DNA of 64,000 bases from Gloeobacterales cyanobacterium (GTDB lineage: Bacteria > Cyanobacteriota > Cyanobacteriia > Gloeobacterales > PMM-0068): positions 32,001 through 96,000 of the forward strand of contig JBBRSB010000001.1 in assembly GCA_038245785.1 (NCBI GenBank), given 5' to 3'. The position numbers were made by a program, and so were the translations under genes. The stretch's first letter is position 1. Each line of letters begins with the position of its first letter. The notes below the pieces were generated by a model. The model was given only the letters and a program-made list of their open reading frames with translations. It did not search any database and was not told the origin of the DNA. This document shows positions 30,479 through 40,519 of this stretch, piece by piece.

Positions 30479-30584
30479 GGTGGATACCTTTTTGTATTCA
30501 TACGCCAAGCTTATCGCGCTGAAGAGAGACGCATGCCTAACGATATGAAAAGACGAGATGCTTAATATAGATATATAAAACAGC

Positions 30585-31391
30585 TTAAAGGATAATGAAC
30601 TTCTGTATGGCAATAGCAACTCCGTCTTCTTCTACAGAAGGAGCGATCCAGTCCGCGCGTTCCTGAACCCCGCTTGGGCCGCCTGCCATGGCAATTCCTA
30701 AGCCCGCATATTCAATCATTTCTAAATCATTAAAATTGTCTCCGATGCAAATCACTTCATCGGCAGTAATTTCTAATATTTTTTCTGCCACAAATTTAAC
30801 GGCATTTCCCTTGCTAGCACTAGGGTGCGCAACTTCTACGAAAAAATCGGTAGAACGGGTGAGATAAAGCTCTTCAGGTCGATATTTTTGCTTTAGAACA
30901 GCAAGGATTTCACCCATAAGCTGGCTATCTTTCTTAAGCGCTAAAATTTTGGTTGGTTCTGCTGTCAAAACTTCGAATAGATTTGGGACGACTACAGGTT
31001 CTACTCCCGAACGTTGGGCATAGGCTATGGTTTCAGGAGAAAGGCTGGCTACGTAGAGGGAGTCATTAAGATACACATGGACAGAAACGTCCATCTCTGT
31101 CAGCAGGGAGAGGACTTCCAGGGCATAGTCCAAGGGCACTGGTTCATGCCGATAGACCCGATTATCTTTGGGGTCCTTGATCAAAGCGCCTTGGTAACTA
31201 ATCAAAGGCAGAGGGGAATCCAGCAAACGGTGAAATCTCAAGGCTGAGCGATACATCCTGCCCGTGGCAAGGGCGAGCTTCACCCCAGATTGTTGCGCCT
31301 GGCTTAGAGCCTCTAGGACAGTTGGTGTCGGATCTAAGGTGTCTCCTAGGATAGTGCCATCGATATCTACCACCAAAAGCTTATAGTGCAC
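30585..31391 (-). CDS. Cof-type HAD-IIB hydrolase
   Basis: DIDGT, ATGR, SKG, GDNFNDLEM. Confidence 0.93.
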   Translation of the reverse strand: MHYKLLVVDIDGTILGDTLDPTPTVLEALSQAQQSGVKLALATGRMYRSALRFHRLLDSPLPLISYQGALIKDPKDNRVYRHEPVPLDYALEVLSLLTEMDVSVHVYLNDSLYVASLSPETIAYAQRSGVEPVVVPNLFEVLTAEPTKILALKKDSQLMGEILAVLKQKYRPEELYLTRSTDFFVEVAHPSASKGNAVKFVAEKILEITADEVICIGDNFNDLEMIEYAGLGIAMAGGPSGVQERADWIAPSVEEDGVAIAIQKFIIL

Positions 31392-31833
31392 GGAGTTTTC
31401 TTCCTGAAGACCTGTCTAAAAGAGCCTAACCCAATTTCTCTTGGTCGCGCTAACGCACTTAGACTTAAACCTATGTATCAATAGATACTCATACTGCGCT
31501 GCTAATTAATCTAGATTGACAGATCTGATTTAGTCGTCATTTCTCTTGTTGTGTCTTCTCAACCAGGATACTAGCTACCATTTGTCAGGTCAGAGTCTGA
31601 AATGAAAGTACCGCTGTTACAGATCCCATTTACCAGCTCTGGATTTCGGACTATTGTGAGTTCCTTTATTTTGTTCACAAACATACTTAAACTAAAGCAA
31701 AGTATTTTATATGTCATCCATTACCTAGAGATTGCGTTAAGAGACAAGGGAGATCCAGACGATTTTACAGGCAAGACCGAGCTGAGTTTCGAAGTCATAA
31801 GAACCTAAACTCGGTATTACAGGGATTCAGAAG

Positions 31834-32259
31834 ATGAAGACAAGCAAGACCGATTGGCCATTAACCTACAGAATTGGAGTAACCTTCGCTGTTGCTTTTA
31901 TCCTGACAGTCATGATTTGTTCGGCCTTCCTCGCAGTGATTATCTTCACCATGCCGAAGGAACCTCAAACGGTAAACTTTGCTACTTTGCTATGTCAGGT
32001 CAGCGGTTTCTTTATCTCAGCCTTTGGGGTCTCTTTACTTTTGTTGTACATTCTTCTCAGGCAGCAGGTGCTTCTCCCTGTCAGAAGAATTGCCTATCAA
32101 GTCCAACAAATTAGCCGAGGTACCTCTAACCAGGAAATTCATGCTCCCTATAGTGGTGAATTGGGGGTTCTGGTCACTAGTTTTAACCGTATGAAACGCA
32201 CGTTGGTTCAACCACCCGTTCAACCACCCCCACAAGTTCAAGAAAAAAATGTACCCTGA
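31834..32259 (+). CDS. Two-TM membrane protein with HAMP domain and no output domain
   Basis: Two hydrophobic helices then LPVRRIAYQVQQISRG..ELGVLVTSFNRM. Confidence 0.75.
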   Translation: MKTSKTDWPLTYRIGVTFAVAFILTVMICSAFLAVIIFTMPKEPQTVNFATLLCQVSGFFISAFGVSLLLLYILLRQQVLLPVRRIAYQVQQISRGTSNQEIHAPYSGELGVLVTSFNRMKRTLVQPPVQPPPQVQEKNVP

Positions 32260-32348
32260 GGTAAATCTTCCCCCCAGCGTTTTTTACCTTGTCTACCCTT
32301 TTTGTTTATCTTTTTTCTTCTACTAAGTGAAATAGCGGAGCCATTCAG

Positions 32349-33923
32349 ATGACGATGCGACAGCCTACTAAATTGAAATGCCGCACCTGCGGTTTTGATG
32401 GTAATCCGGCAGATGCCAAACGCTGTATGGTCTGTGATGAGAAGCTTGGGAAGACTTCAGCTCTGGATTTCGCAGTATCTCCCTTGGGGATTTTTGGGGC
32501 TCTTGGCTTGGTTGCCTTAGGGGTATTTGGCTGGAGTAGTTTTTCTAGTCTGAATTCAAATGTCAGTACTCAAGTTCCTCTGGGAACGTTGCAAATTACG
32601 AGTAGTGCCGATAGCTGGGCTGGTTACTTCTGGTTGCGTCAGGGAACGGATCCCCAAAGTGTTTTCGGGAAATTGCTGCAAAGTCAGGGACTTTCGCTGA
32701 AGTATGAGGATGAGCCCGACCAGGCCAAACGGGCACAGAAGATGTCTGCAGGTTCCTATGATTTCGCCATGACAACAGCCGATCAGGTCCTAACCAATCC
32801 TTTTGGGGCCAAGATCGTCTCCATGGTGGATGTTTCTGCGGGTGGTGATGCGGTCGTATTGCGTAAAGGGCTTAAGTCCCTTGACGACATCAAACCCGAC
32901 ATGAAAGTCGCCTATGCCCGTGCTACGCCTAGCGAGACGCTATTACGAACCCTGGCACTCCGCTTTGAAGCCGTTGATCTCAAGCGTCTGCAAGCCGTCG
33001 AAGTGACGGTGGCGGACGAGGCATGGGCTCTGCTCAACGAGGGAAAAGTCGATGTAGCCGTACTTTGGCAGCCATTTACGGGCCTTGCCCGCCGCCAAGG
33101 TTATGCTGTGCCCTTGACGAGCGCTGATGCGAGAAATGTGATTCTGGACGTGCTGCTCGCTTCGAAGAAAACAGATCCCGTTGTTGTCCAAAAGTTTGTC
33201 TCGGCCTATTGTCAGGCGATGCAATTTTACGTCAGTCGGCCTGAAGAACTGCGTAAGGCTATAGGGGTGGATAGCAAGGCGAAAGACCAAGAGTTGGCTG
33301 ACTTGACTCAAGGTATCAACTTTGTGCCTTGTGAAGAATCTAATCGTCTCTGGTTCCAAAATGGTTTATTCGACCAGCGGAAGCTTGTGATTGCAGAGAT
33401 TGTTGGGGCGAATGGCAAACAGGACTTGCTGGACCCACAGCCGCTCCTGGTCCATACGAAGGCCGATGAACAGCGCCGAGGAGCCATTGCTTCGCTCGAC
33501 CCCAGTCTGGTTGCCCCTCCAAAATCCACACAGACAGCTGATACGTTTACGCCTTTACCTGGAAAGGAAGCCACTACCCGTCCAGTTGTCGGTTCTCTGC
33601 GTATTGATAAAGTCAAGTTCGCCAAGGACTCTGCAACGCTGACCCCAGAAAGCGTGAAAGTTCTGGAGCGTTTCCGGGCCACTCTGAACGATTTCCCTGG
33701 GCTTAGAGTTCTAGTTGCGGGTCACACTTCTAGCTTTGGAGACCCCGGATTCAATAAGACTCTTTCCCAAGCAAGAGCCGATGCCGTAGTCAACTTTTTC
33801 GTGAGTAAGGGCTATCCTCGCGCTCGCTTCAATAGCGTGGGCTACGGTTCCAGCCAGCCTTTACCCAATACTCCTCCCAAATCTACGGTGAACCAGCGCA
33901 CAGAAGTCAAGTTGATTCGATAG
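32349..33923 (+). CDS. Zn-ribbon / TM / substrate-binding (NMT1-like) / OmpA-domain protein
   Basis: CRTC..CMVC, TM helix, DSWAGY and DVSAGGDAVV binding-protein motifs, OmpA C-terminus (GHTS..NKTLSQARADAV..NQRTE). Confidence 0.82.
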   Translation: MTMRQPTKLKCRTCGFDGNPADAKRCMVCDEKLGKTSALDFAVSPLGIFGALGLVALGVFGWSSFSSLNSNVSTQVPLGTLQITSSADSWAGYFWLRQGTDPQSVFGKLLQSQGLSLKYEDEPDQAKRAQKMSAGSYDFAMTTADQVLTNPFGAKIVSMVDVSAGGDAVVLRKGLKSLDDIKPDMKVAYARATPSETLLRTLALRFEAVDLKRLQAVEVTVADEAWALLNEGKVDVAVLWQPFTGLARRQGYAVPLTSADARNVILDVLLASKKTDPVVVQKFVSAYCQAMQFYVSRPEELRKAIGVDSKAKDQELADLTQGINFVPCEESNRLWFQNGLFDQRKLVIAEIVGANGKQDLLDPQPLLVHTKADEQRRGAIASLDPSLVAPPKSTQTADTFTPLPGKEATTRPVVGSLRIDKVKFAKDSATLTPESVKVLERFRATLNDFPGLRVLVAGHTSSFGDPGFNKTLSQARADAVVNFFVSKGYPRARFNSVGYGSSQPLPNTPPKSTVNQRTEVKLIR

Positions 33924-33933
33924 AGACTCTACC

Positions 33934-35214
33934 TCAACCATCGCCAAGCACCCGCAAGGCTAAATCAACAGAGGCGATAGAACTGAGCTTCTGTATCTTT
34001 TGAATAGCTTCATTAAAACGTTTGGTCTTGACTTTATGGATGATAATAACCAATTCAGCCAGTTGGTCTGGGCCGTGAACGGCCTTTTGCACAATAGATT
34101 CTAGACTGACCCCTGCATCGCCAAAGGCCTGCCCTAATTGGCCGATCACACCAGGGTGATCCTTGGCTTTAAGTCGACAGTAAAAACGGGTTTCCACTTC
34201 ATCAATCGGCAGCAGTGGATAGGTTTCGGTGAAACCCCCATCCATAGGATTATTGGGGAAGGTCAAGATATTGATTAGATCGGCCACGACAGCACTGGCT
34301 GTGGGGCCTGAGCCTGCTCCCGGTCCATAGAACATAATCTGCCCTAAAGGATCAGACTCCAGCATTACGGCATTAAAGGCATTGTCCACTTTGCTCAAGG
34401 GATGAGCATGGGGGACCAGGGCTGGATGGACACGCAGATCTAGAAGCCCTTCTCGGGTGCGGTTCGCCACGGCCACCAATTTGATTGCGTAGCCTAGTTC
34501 AGCGGCATAGCGAATATCAACATCGGTAACACCCGTGATCCCTTTGCGAGGAATAGACTCCAGCGGAATCAGCTGGTTGCGGAAGATGATGCTGGCTAGA
34601 ATCGCTAGCTTTTCTTGGGCATCGTAGCCTTCCACATCGGCGGCAGGATTGGCTTCGGCATAGCCCAATTGTTGCGCTTCTGCTAGCACAGAGGCATAGG
34701 AGCGTCCCTCCTGAGTCATTTTGGTCAGGATGTAATTGGTAGTGCCATTGACAATGCCCAAAAGGGAAGAAACCCGATTGGCTCCTAGACATTGATGCAG
34801 CGGTTGAATCAAGGGGATGCCACCGCCGACTGCGGCCTCATAGCGCAGGTGAACGCCCTGGCTCTGGGCCAAAGCTAAAAGTTCAGTCCCATGACGAGCC
34901 ATCAGGGCTTTATTGGCAGTGACTACATGCTTGCCTGCCTTTAAAGCGGCTCGGATGAGCCTGAGAGGGATGTCTACGGTCCCCACCACTTCGATGACCA
35001 CTTCCACCTTCGGGTCTTGCACCAAAGCGAAGCTATCTTCCGTCAGCAGGGCAGGAGCAACTTTTGAATCAGAACGGGGTTTCGTTTTGGAATGAACCCC
35101 GACCCCAATTAAATTGACTTGTTTCAAGAGCGGGTCGCGGCCTTCGGGGTCCTGAAGAATATTGACTACCCCAGAGCCAACCGTACCTAAGCCCAGTAGC
35201 GCAACATTCACCAC
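33934..35214 (-). CDS. hom: Homoserine dehydrogenase with ACT domain
   Basis: GLGTVG, VVTANK, EAAVGGGIP, NGTTNYIL, GPGAG. Confidence 0.96.
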   Translation of the reverse strand: MVNVALLGLGTVGSGVVNILQDPEGRDPLLKQVNLIGVGVHSKTKPRSDSKVAPALLTEDSFALVQDPKVEVVIEVVGTVDIPLRLIRAALKAGKHVVTANKALMARHGTELLALAQSQGVHLRYEAAVGGGIPLIQPLHQCLGANRVSSLLGIVNGTTNYILTKMTQEGRSYASVLAEAQQLGYAEANPAADVEGYDAQEKLAILASIIFRNQLIPLESIPRKGITGVTDVDIRYAAELGYAIKLVAVANRTREGLLDLRVHPALVPHAHPLSKVDNAFNAVMLESDPLGQIMFYGPGAGSGPTASAVVADLINILTFPNNPMDGGFTETYPLLPIDEVETRFYCRLKAKDHPGVIGQLGQAFGDAGVSLESIVQKAVHGPDQLAELVIIIHKVKTKRFNEAIQKIQKLSSIASVDLALRVLGDG

Positions 35215-35235
35215 GATGAAACCTGTAGATGGGGG

Positions 35236-36066
35236 TTACTTAACCGGACGGGTAGTCCGCTGGACATTGGTCGCTAATCCTAGTTTCTCTAAGATCCAAA
35301 TTACCCAAAAGGTCACATCTATCTCCCACCACATTACTCCAGCCTGCGCAGAGCGTGCCTGCGCATGGTGGTTGTTGTGCCAGCCTTCGCCGTAAGTCAG
35401 CAAAGCCACCCACCAGAGATTTTTGGAATTATCTTTGCTCTTGTAGTTCTCATAGCCCCAAAGATGGGTCGCAGAGTTCACCAGCCAGGTGGTATGCCAG
35501 ACAAAGAGGATACGCATGAAGATGCCCCACACCACAAAAGACCAACCGCCAATCGCATAGAGTAAGAAGCCTAAAGCGATGGTAGGCAAGAGGAAGTAGC
35601 GGTCTAGAAAACGATGAACGGGGTCCTTTGCCATATCGGGGACATTGCGAGAATAGTTCTCGAAGCCATCCCATTCTGGATAGGAGTAGAGCATCCAGCC
35701 CATGTGTGCCCATAGAAATCCCTGGTTGGAATCGTGGGGGTCTTTGGCGGTGTCAGAGTAGGCGTGGTGACGGCGATGCCAGGAAGCCCAAAAAATAGGA
35801 CCTCCTTCTACATTCAAGGTGCCGATGAAGGCCAATAAGTATTCAAGAGGTTTAGGTACGGAGAAACTGCGATGGGTTAAAAGTCGGTGATAGGCCAAGG
35901 TGACGCCCAAGCAACCACAAAACCAGTGGAGAAAAAACATCAGGCCCAGAGCAGACCAAGAAAAAGTAAAGGGGGCAAACAGGGCGCCTGCGTGAATCAG
36001 GAGAAAGAATCCAGCAGTTGTCCAGTTAAATGAGCGCTCAGGGGTCCCCAAAGTTGCTTGCGTCAC
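35236..36066 (-). CDS. desC: Delta-9 acyl-lipid desaturase
   Basis: His boxes HRLLTH, HRRHH, GEGWHNNHH; GTG at 36066 preferred (ORF track starts at 36102). Confidence 0.92.
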   Translation of the reverse strand: MTQATLGTPERSFNWTTAGFFLLIHAGALFAPFTFSWSALGLMFFLHWFCGCLGVTLAYHRLLTHRSFSVPKPLEYLLAFIGTLNVEGGPIFWASWHRRHHAYSDTAKDPHDSNQGFLWAHMGWMLYSYPEWDGFENYSRNVPDMAKDPVHRFLDRYFLLPTIALGFLLYAIGGWSFVVWGIFMRILFVWHTTWLVNSATHLWGYENYKSKDNSKNLWWVALLTYGEGWHNNHHAQARSAQAGVMWWEIDVTFWVIWILEKLGLATNVQRTTRPVK

Positions 36067-36206
36067 ATGATCTCTCACAACGTACTGTAACGATTTTTTC
36101 ACAAACTGAGGGATCTAGTGCATATTTCGCTTTCTTAACTTCGACCGCCCCTATCCGAATGGCTTTTGGTTCGATAGATATAATAGGCTCAACATGCGGA
36201 TTGGAT

Positions 36207-36749
36207 ATGTATCAGCCTGTGCACTACAACCCCATTTTCGGCCCTGAGATTTGCTGCCCCCACTGCCGCCAGACTATTCAGGCCCTGACCCTGACGGACA
36301 CGTACCTGTGCCCACGCCATGGTGCATTTGAGGCAGACCCCAAAACGGAGTGCCTGGTCCATCTGCAATCGGAGCGTTCCTGGCGGCTCTGGAATGGGGA
36401 GTGGTATCGTCAGCATACCCATCCCGATGGCATTCGCTTTGAAATTCATGAAGAGCTAGACCGTCTACACACCCAAGGCTATCGCGCCGTAAAGCTGGTC
36501 ATTGCTCGCCGCTATCGGGATTTGATCTGGAGCTACTTAGAGCGGGCTGGAGGGTGGCGCAAAGAAGAAAACGGCTATCGCCTCTATGGTCTGCCCGTTG
36601 AATTTAGTCCAGAGGAACCGGAAGAGGCTTCAGACTCAGGATCTTCGTCAGCAGAAAAAGAACATTCCCCCTGGCATGTGATCAACTTTGAGCTAGAAAA
36701 AGAACCCGGCCCGCCCCTGCGCTACCCCTATTTCCGTTTATTTGGTTGA
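36207..36749 (+). CDS. TIGR02652 family cyanobacterial protein
   Basis: PIFGPEICCPHCRQ, LTLTDTYLCPRHGAFEA, WYRQHTHPDGIRFEIHE. Confidence 0.85.
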   Translation: MYQPVHYNPIFGPEICCPHCRQTIQALTLTDTYLCPRHGAFEADPKTECLVHLQSERSWRLWNGEWYRQHTHPDGIRFEIHEELDRLHTQGYRAVKLVIARRYRDLIWSYLERAGGWRKEENGYRLYGLPVEFSPEEPEEASDSGSSSAEKEHSPWHVINFELEKEPGPPLRYPYFRLFG

Positions 36750-36752
36750 TTC

Positions 36753-37481
36753 ATGACTAGTGCAGAGAAGAATTATCCAGGCGAAGTTTTTGCCGATACC
36801 ACCGATTTTGACTCGGGGATCAGAGCCCTTATTCCTCACTACGATGAAATGCTCAATGTCATCGTGCAGGCGGTTCCTGCTGATACTCGGCAGATTTTGG
36901 AGTTGGGATGTGGCACGGGAGAATTGACCGTTAAAATCCTTCAGCGTTGTCCTGCCGCTCACGTCTATGCCGTTGACTATTCATCAAGGATGCTCCAGTT
37001 TGCCCAACACAAAATGGAACGCTTAGGATTTGCGGAACGGGTGTCCTGGATAGAAGCAGATTTTGGAAACTGGGCAGAGCATGGCTTGATGAAAGAAATA
37101 GAAGTTCCCTTAGACGCCTGCATCTCCTCGCTCGCGATTCATCATCTTTCAGACGAGCTGAAGCTGAAATTATTTCAACAGCTGCACCATAGCCTTAGGC
37201 AAGGGGGTTGTTTCTGGAATGCAGATCCCGTTTTATCAGCACCAGAGTCCTTGAGAGCGGTCTATGAAGAGGCAAGAACAGACTGGCTGCAAAAACAGAC
37301 TATCACTCCGGAAGAGATCCGGGCCAAGATGAACCGAGGCATCAGCCATGGTCACTCCAGTCATGACCATTTAGCTACGCTATCCATGCACCTGGATTTC
37401 TTGTCAAAAGCGCTGTTCAGCCCTGTCGATGTCTTGTGGAAATACTATGGCTTTGCCGTTTTTGGCGGCTATAAGTCTTGA
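36753..37481 (+). CDS. Class I SAM-dependent methyltransferase
   Basis: ILELGCGTG, SSLAIHH. Confidence 0.9.
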   Translation: MTSAEKNYPGEVFADTTDFDSGIRALIPHYDEMLNVIVQAVPADTRQILELGCGTGELTVKILQRCPAAHVYAVDYSSRMLQFAQHKMERLGFAERVSWIEADFGNWAEHGLMKEIEVPLDACISSLAIHHLSDELKLKLFQQLHHSLRQGGCFWNADPVLSAPESLRAVYEEARTDWLQKQTITPEEIRAKMNRGISHGHSSHDHLATLSMHLDFLSKALFSPVDVLWKYYGFAVFGGYKS

Positions 37482-37535
37482 GAGGAACCCTCTACAGAAA
37501 AATCGTGCCAAGATGAAAAAAAGATTGGAGCTACT

Positions 37536-38228
37536 ATGACCATCCTCGTTGTGGGTGCCACAGGCAATACAGGAAGTCAAATCGTGCAAAAGCTCCAGCA
37601 GGCGGACCAAAAAGAGATTAGGGTCTTGGTTCGCTCTAGAGACAAAGTCCAACAGACGCTGGGGGGCCTGACAGACCTGGAAATTTTTGAAGGAGATGTC
37701 TTAAAAAAAGACTCTCTTGCTGCCGCCCTGTCAGGGACAAAAATAGTTTTTTGTGCGACGGGGACCCGCTCTGGTTTTGGCAATAACGGAGCTCAACAGG
37801 TGGACTACGAAGGGACGGTAAACCTGATCGACCAAGCGCGTCAGGCGGGAGTTGAGCACTTGATCTTGGTTTCTTCGCTATGCGTTTCTCGGATTCTTCA
37901 TCCTCTGAATCTGTTTGGGGGAGTGCTGTACTGGAAGAAGAAAGCAGAAGAGCACTTGATTCGGAGTGGACTCGCTTTCACGATTGTTCGCCCCGGTGGT
38001 CTGAAGGATGGAGCAGGCGGCCTGGAGATTGTAATCAGTCCTGCCGATACCCTGTTTGAAGGAACGATTGACCGCAGTGATGTGGCACGGGTCTGCGTGG
38101 AAGCCTCTCAAACGAACGATTCTCAGGACAAAATCATTGAAATAGTCAGCGGTCCTGGTCAAAGTCAAGCGTCCTTGGCTCAGCTATTCAAACAATTGCC
38201 TGTAGCTCGCGTACGGATGGCAGTTTAG
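37536..38228 (+). CDS. NAD(P)H-binding atypical SDR (NmrA/Tic62-like)
   Basis: VVGATGNTG, VDYEG, TIVRPGGL. Confidence 0.9.
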   Translation: MTILVVGATGNTGSQIVQKLQQADQKEIRVLVRSRDKVQQTLGGLTDLEIFEGDVLKKDSLAAALSGTKIVFCATGTRSGFGNNGAQQVDYEGTVNLIDQARQAGVEHLILVSSLCVSRILHPLNLFGGVLYWKKKAEEHLIRSGLAFTIVRPGGLKDGAGGLEIVISPADTLFEGTIDRSDVARVCVEASQTNDSQDKIIEIVSGPGQSQASLAQLFKQLPVARVRMAV

Positions 38229-38375
38229 AGAGAAAACTGGCGCGACAGTTGTAGATTAGAATGGTTTACAAACTTAAGTACTTATTTGGAGTGAATCTCC
38301 CAGAACAGGGAACGTTTCTCCCTTTAGGCTGTCCATTCGTGTAACTCTGCCCACGCATCCTCTACCCCGGCGATT

Positions 38376-39050
38376 ATGTCTCTATATCTAGGTCAACTGG
38401 TATATACCCGCTTTCCAAGCGATGGGTACAAGGTCCTCACCAGTGCGGAGGTGCCTACAGAAGTGCGCATTGCTTTTACACAGCGTGCAACCAGATATTG
38501 GGATAACTACGAACCGCTGGAGCACGGATACCGCTGTGCCTATGTGCACCAAGTCTCTCGCGAGGGAACGATATTCGGTTGGTTCTATAACGATGGAGCT
38601 GATGAGCTAGGTCGGAACTTTATTCCTTATTTCATCTGCTACTATCTGCCTGGACGTCTGCAGCTATCCCAGTTGCAAAATATTTTCACCCTCCTGCACA
38701 AAGGGCCTTTAAAACTCATTGATCGGCAAGCTCCCCCAGAAGTACTAGAGACGCTAGACCCCCCAGATTTATGGAGTTATCAATCTGTACGGATCGGGGT
38801 TACAGTTCCGGCGAGAACCTGTGAAGAGAGTTATCGTTCTCTTTATCGAGGAGAAATGATTGATCTCTTCATTCCGGGCAACGAAGCCGACAAGCTATTG
38901 AAGTCACAGCAGAAGCAAGACATCGTCGCTATCGTCCCTACGGCAAAGACTCGTAAGCGCCGGCCCAGCAGGTTTCGGCAGCTCATGCAGTTTCTTATCC
39001 AAGATACACAAGACTGGTTTAAGAAGCTGGTGAGGTCTTGGGAGACTTGA
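38376..39050 (+). CDS. Hypothetical protein (paralog A of a tandem pair)
   Basis: Shares an N-terminal domain of about 170 aa with 39143-40444. Confidence 0.8.
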   Translation: MSLYLGQLVYTRFPSDGYKVLTSAEVPTEVRIAFTQRATRYWDNYEPLEHGYRCAYVHQVSREGTIFGWFYNDGADELGRNFIPYFICYYLPGRLQLSQLQNIFTLLHKGPLKLIDRQAPPEVLETLDPPDLWSYQSVRIGVTVPARTCEESYRSLYRGEMIDLFIPGNEADKLLKSQQKQDIVAIVPTAKTRKRRPSRFRQLMQFLIQDTQDWFKKLVRSWET

Positions 39051-39142
39051 GACCTACGTAGAAAGACGGAGATAGAAACTGGATACCTTTTTGTACGCTA
39101 AAGGGAAAGCTTTTTATTAAAATACGTGCTTATTAATTAGTT

Positions 39143-40444
39143 ATGTCATTAATTTTTGGCCACCTTATCTACACTAGCTTTCCGCAGGGAGGGCTCAGGC
39201 TACTCACGAGTGAAGGGGTCTCTCTGGATATCCGAGAAGTATTCATTGACCGTATGACGAAGCATTGGATAGCCCAGGGTCCGCCAAAGCCAGGATATCG
39301 CTGTGCCTACATACACCAAATCGCTGCTGAGAAGACGCTTTTGGGTTGGATATACAACGATGCCATCCAGGAAGATGCACGCAAGGGTCATGTTCCTTAC
39401 TTTATTGGCTATTTTCTGATAGGGCGCTTGAATCCAGCCAAGCTAAAAAATATCTTCGCCCTCCTAGAGCAAGGCCCCCCAAGCGATATAGACCGACAGA
39501 ATCCTCCTGAGCACCTAGAGCCTGTGGTTGCACCAGACCTATGGGACTATCAATCTAAGCGACCTGGAGTAGCACCCCCTCCTCAGATTTATGAACGGAG
39601 CTGTCGGACGCTCGAAAAGGGCGGACTGATCGACTATCTTCCCTTCATTTATGCTCCGGCTACAGATTTACCCTTGACGAACACAAAAGAGCAAGCACAG
39701 CAGCCTTCGGCCCCGGTCGCTAGTAACTTGGGGCAAGTCTCACGCAGTCTTCAGAACACTTTTCAAGATCTTCCTTGGAAGCCTCTGCTGGGCGTTGCCG
39801 CAGTCTGTGTAGCCGCCATCACAATCAGCTTATCGTTCATCTTTTCCCCTGCTTCCAACTCAGACTTGACGACTGCGAACTTTGCTCCAAACTTCAATGA
39901 GTCGAAGGATACGGCCTACGCAACAGATGGAGATCCCCGGTCTAAATTTTCTCCTGAGGCAATCACAGAGCAGTCGTTAGAATCAGCAAGACAGATAGCT
40001 GCGCAAACAGAAAAGCCCTTAGCATCGCAACGCACGAATAAACTTACTCAGAGTGTGGAAGCTAGGGCCAAAGAAAGGCTGGCTGAAGGAACAACGGCTT
40101 CCGGAGTGCCTAAAGCCCCCAAATTGAGTAAGAAATTGGCCGCCGCTCTAGAAAAGGAACCACCTCCTTTGTCTGCTCGAGAGAAAGCTCGGTTGAGTAC
40201 AAAATCAAAATTGAGAGCAAAGCGGACGATTGCACAGAACCCCGTCCTGAAGAACGACAGGTTGCGGTCTAAGCCTGCTTCGCAACCACCATCGACGGTG
40301 GTGATTGATAGTTCGCGAGAAGCACCCCTGAAAAGACCGGAACCTGCGCCCATCCCTTCAGCTTCTATTACCCCCTCTAGTACAGCTCCAGATTGCTATG
40401 GCACTGACAGGCAGAGTGCTCAGTGCCGAAACCGAAAAAACTAG
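39143..40444 (+). CDS. Hypothetical membrane protein (paralog B: shared domain, TM, low-complexity tail)
   Basis: Shared N-terminal domain; TM LLGVAAVCVAAITISLSFIF; terminal Cys pair. Confidence 0.8.
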   Translation: MSLIFGHLIYTSFPQGGLRLLTSEGVSLDIREVFIDRMTKHWIAQGPPKPGYRCAYIHQIAAEKTLLGWIYNDAIQEDARKGHVPYFIGYFLIGRLNPAKLKNIFALLEQGPPSDIDRQNPPEHLEPVVAPDLWDYQSKRPGVAPPPQIYERSCRTLEKGGLIDYLPFIYAPATDLPLTNTKEQAQQPSAPVASNLGQVSRSLQNTFQDLPWKPLLGVAAVCVAAITISLSFIFSPASNSDLTTANFAPNFNESKDTAYATDGDPRSKFSPEAITEQSLESARQIAAQTEKPLASQRTNKLTQSVEARAKERLAEGTTASGVPKAPKLSKKLAAALEKEPPPLSAREKARLSTKSKLRAKRTIAQNPVLKNDRLRSKPASQPPSTVVIDSSREAPLKRPEPAPIPSASITPSSTAPDCYGTDRQSAQCRNRKN

Positions 40445-40454
40445 GGTTGCAAAA

Positions 40455-40487
40455 AACAAGAGCTCGGATACTTGCCAAGCTCTTGTT
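40455..40487. terminator. Bidirectional intrinsic terminator
   Basis: AACAAGAGCT..AGCTCTTGTT inverted repeat between convergent genes with flanking A and T runs. Confidence 0.7.
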
Positions 40488-40519
40488 CTTCAGGTCTATG
40501 TAGGGGGGGCCTGGTCTGA

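Noticed and set aside
31602..31808. 68-aa ORF upstream of the HAMP gene
   Set aside because: No RBS or motif; lies in a probable promoter region
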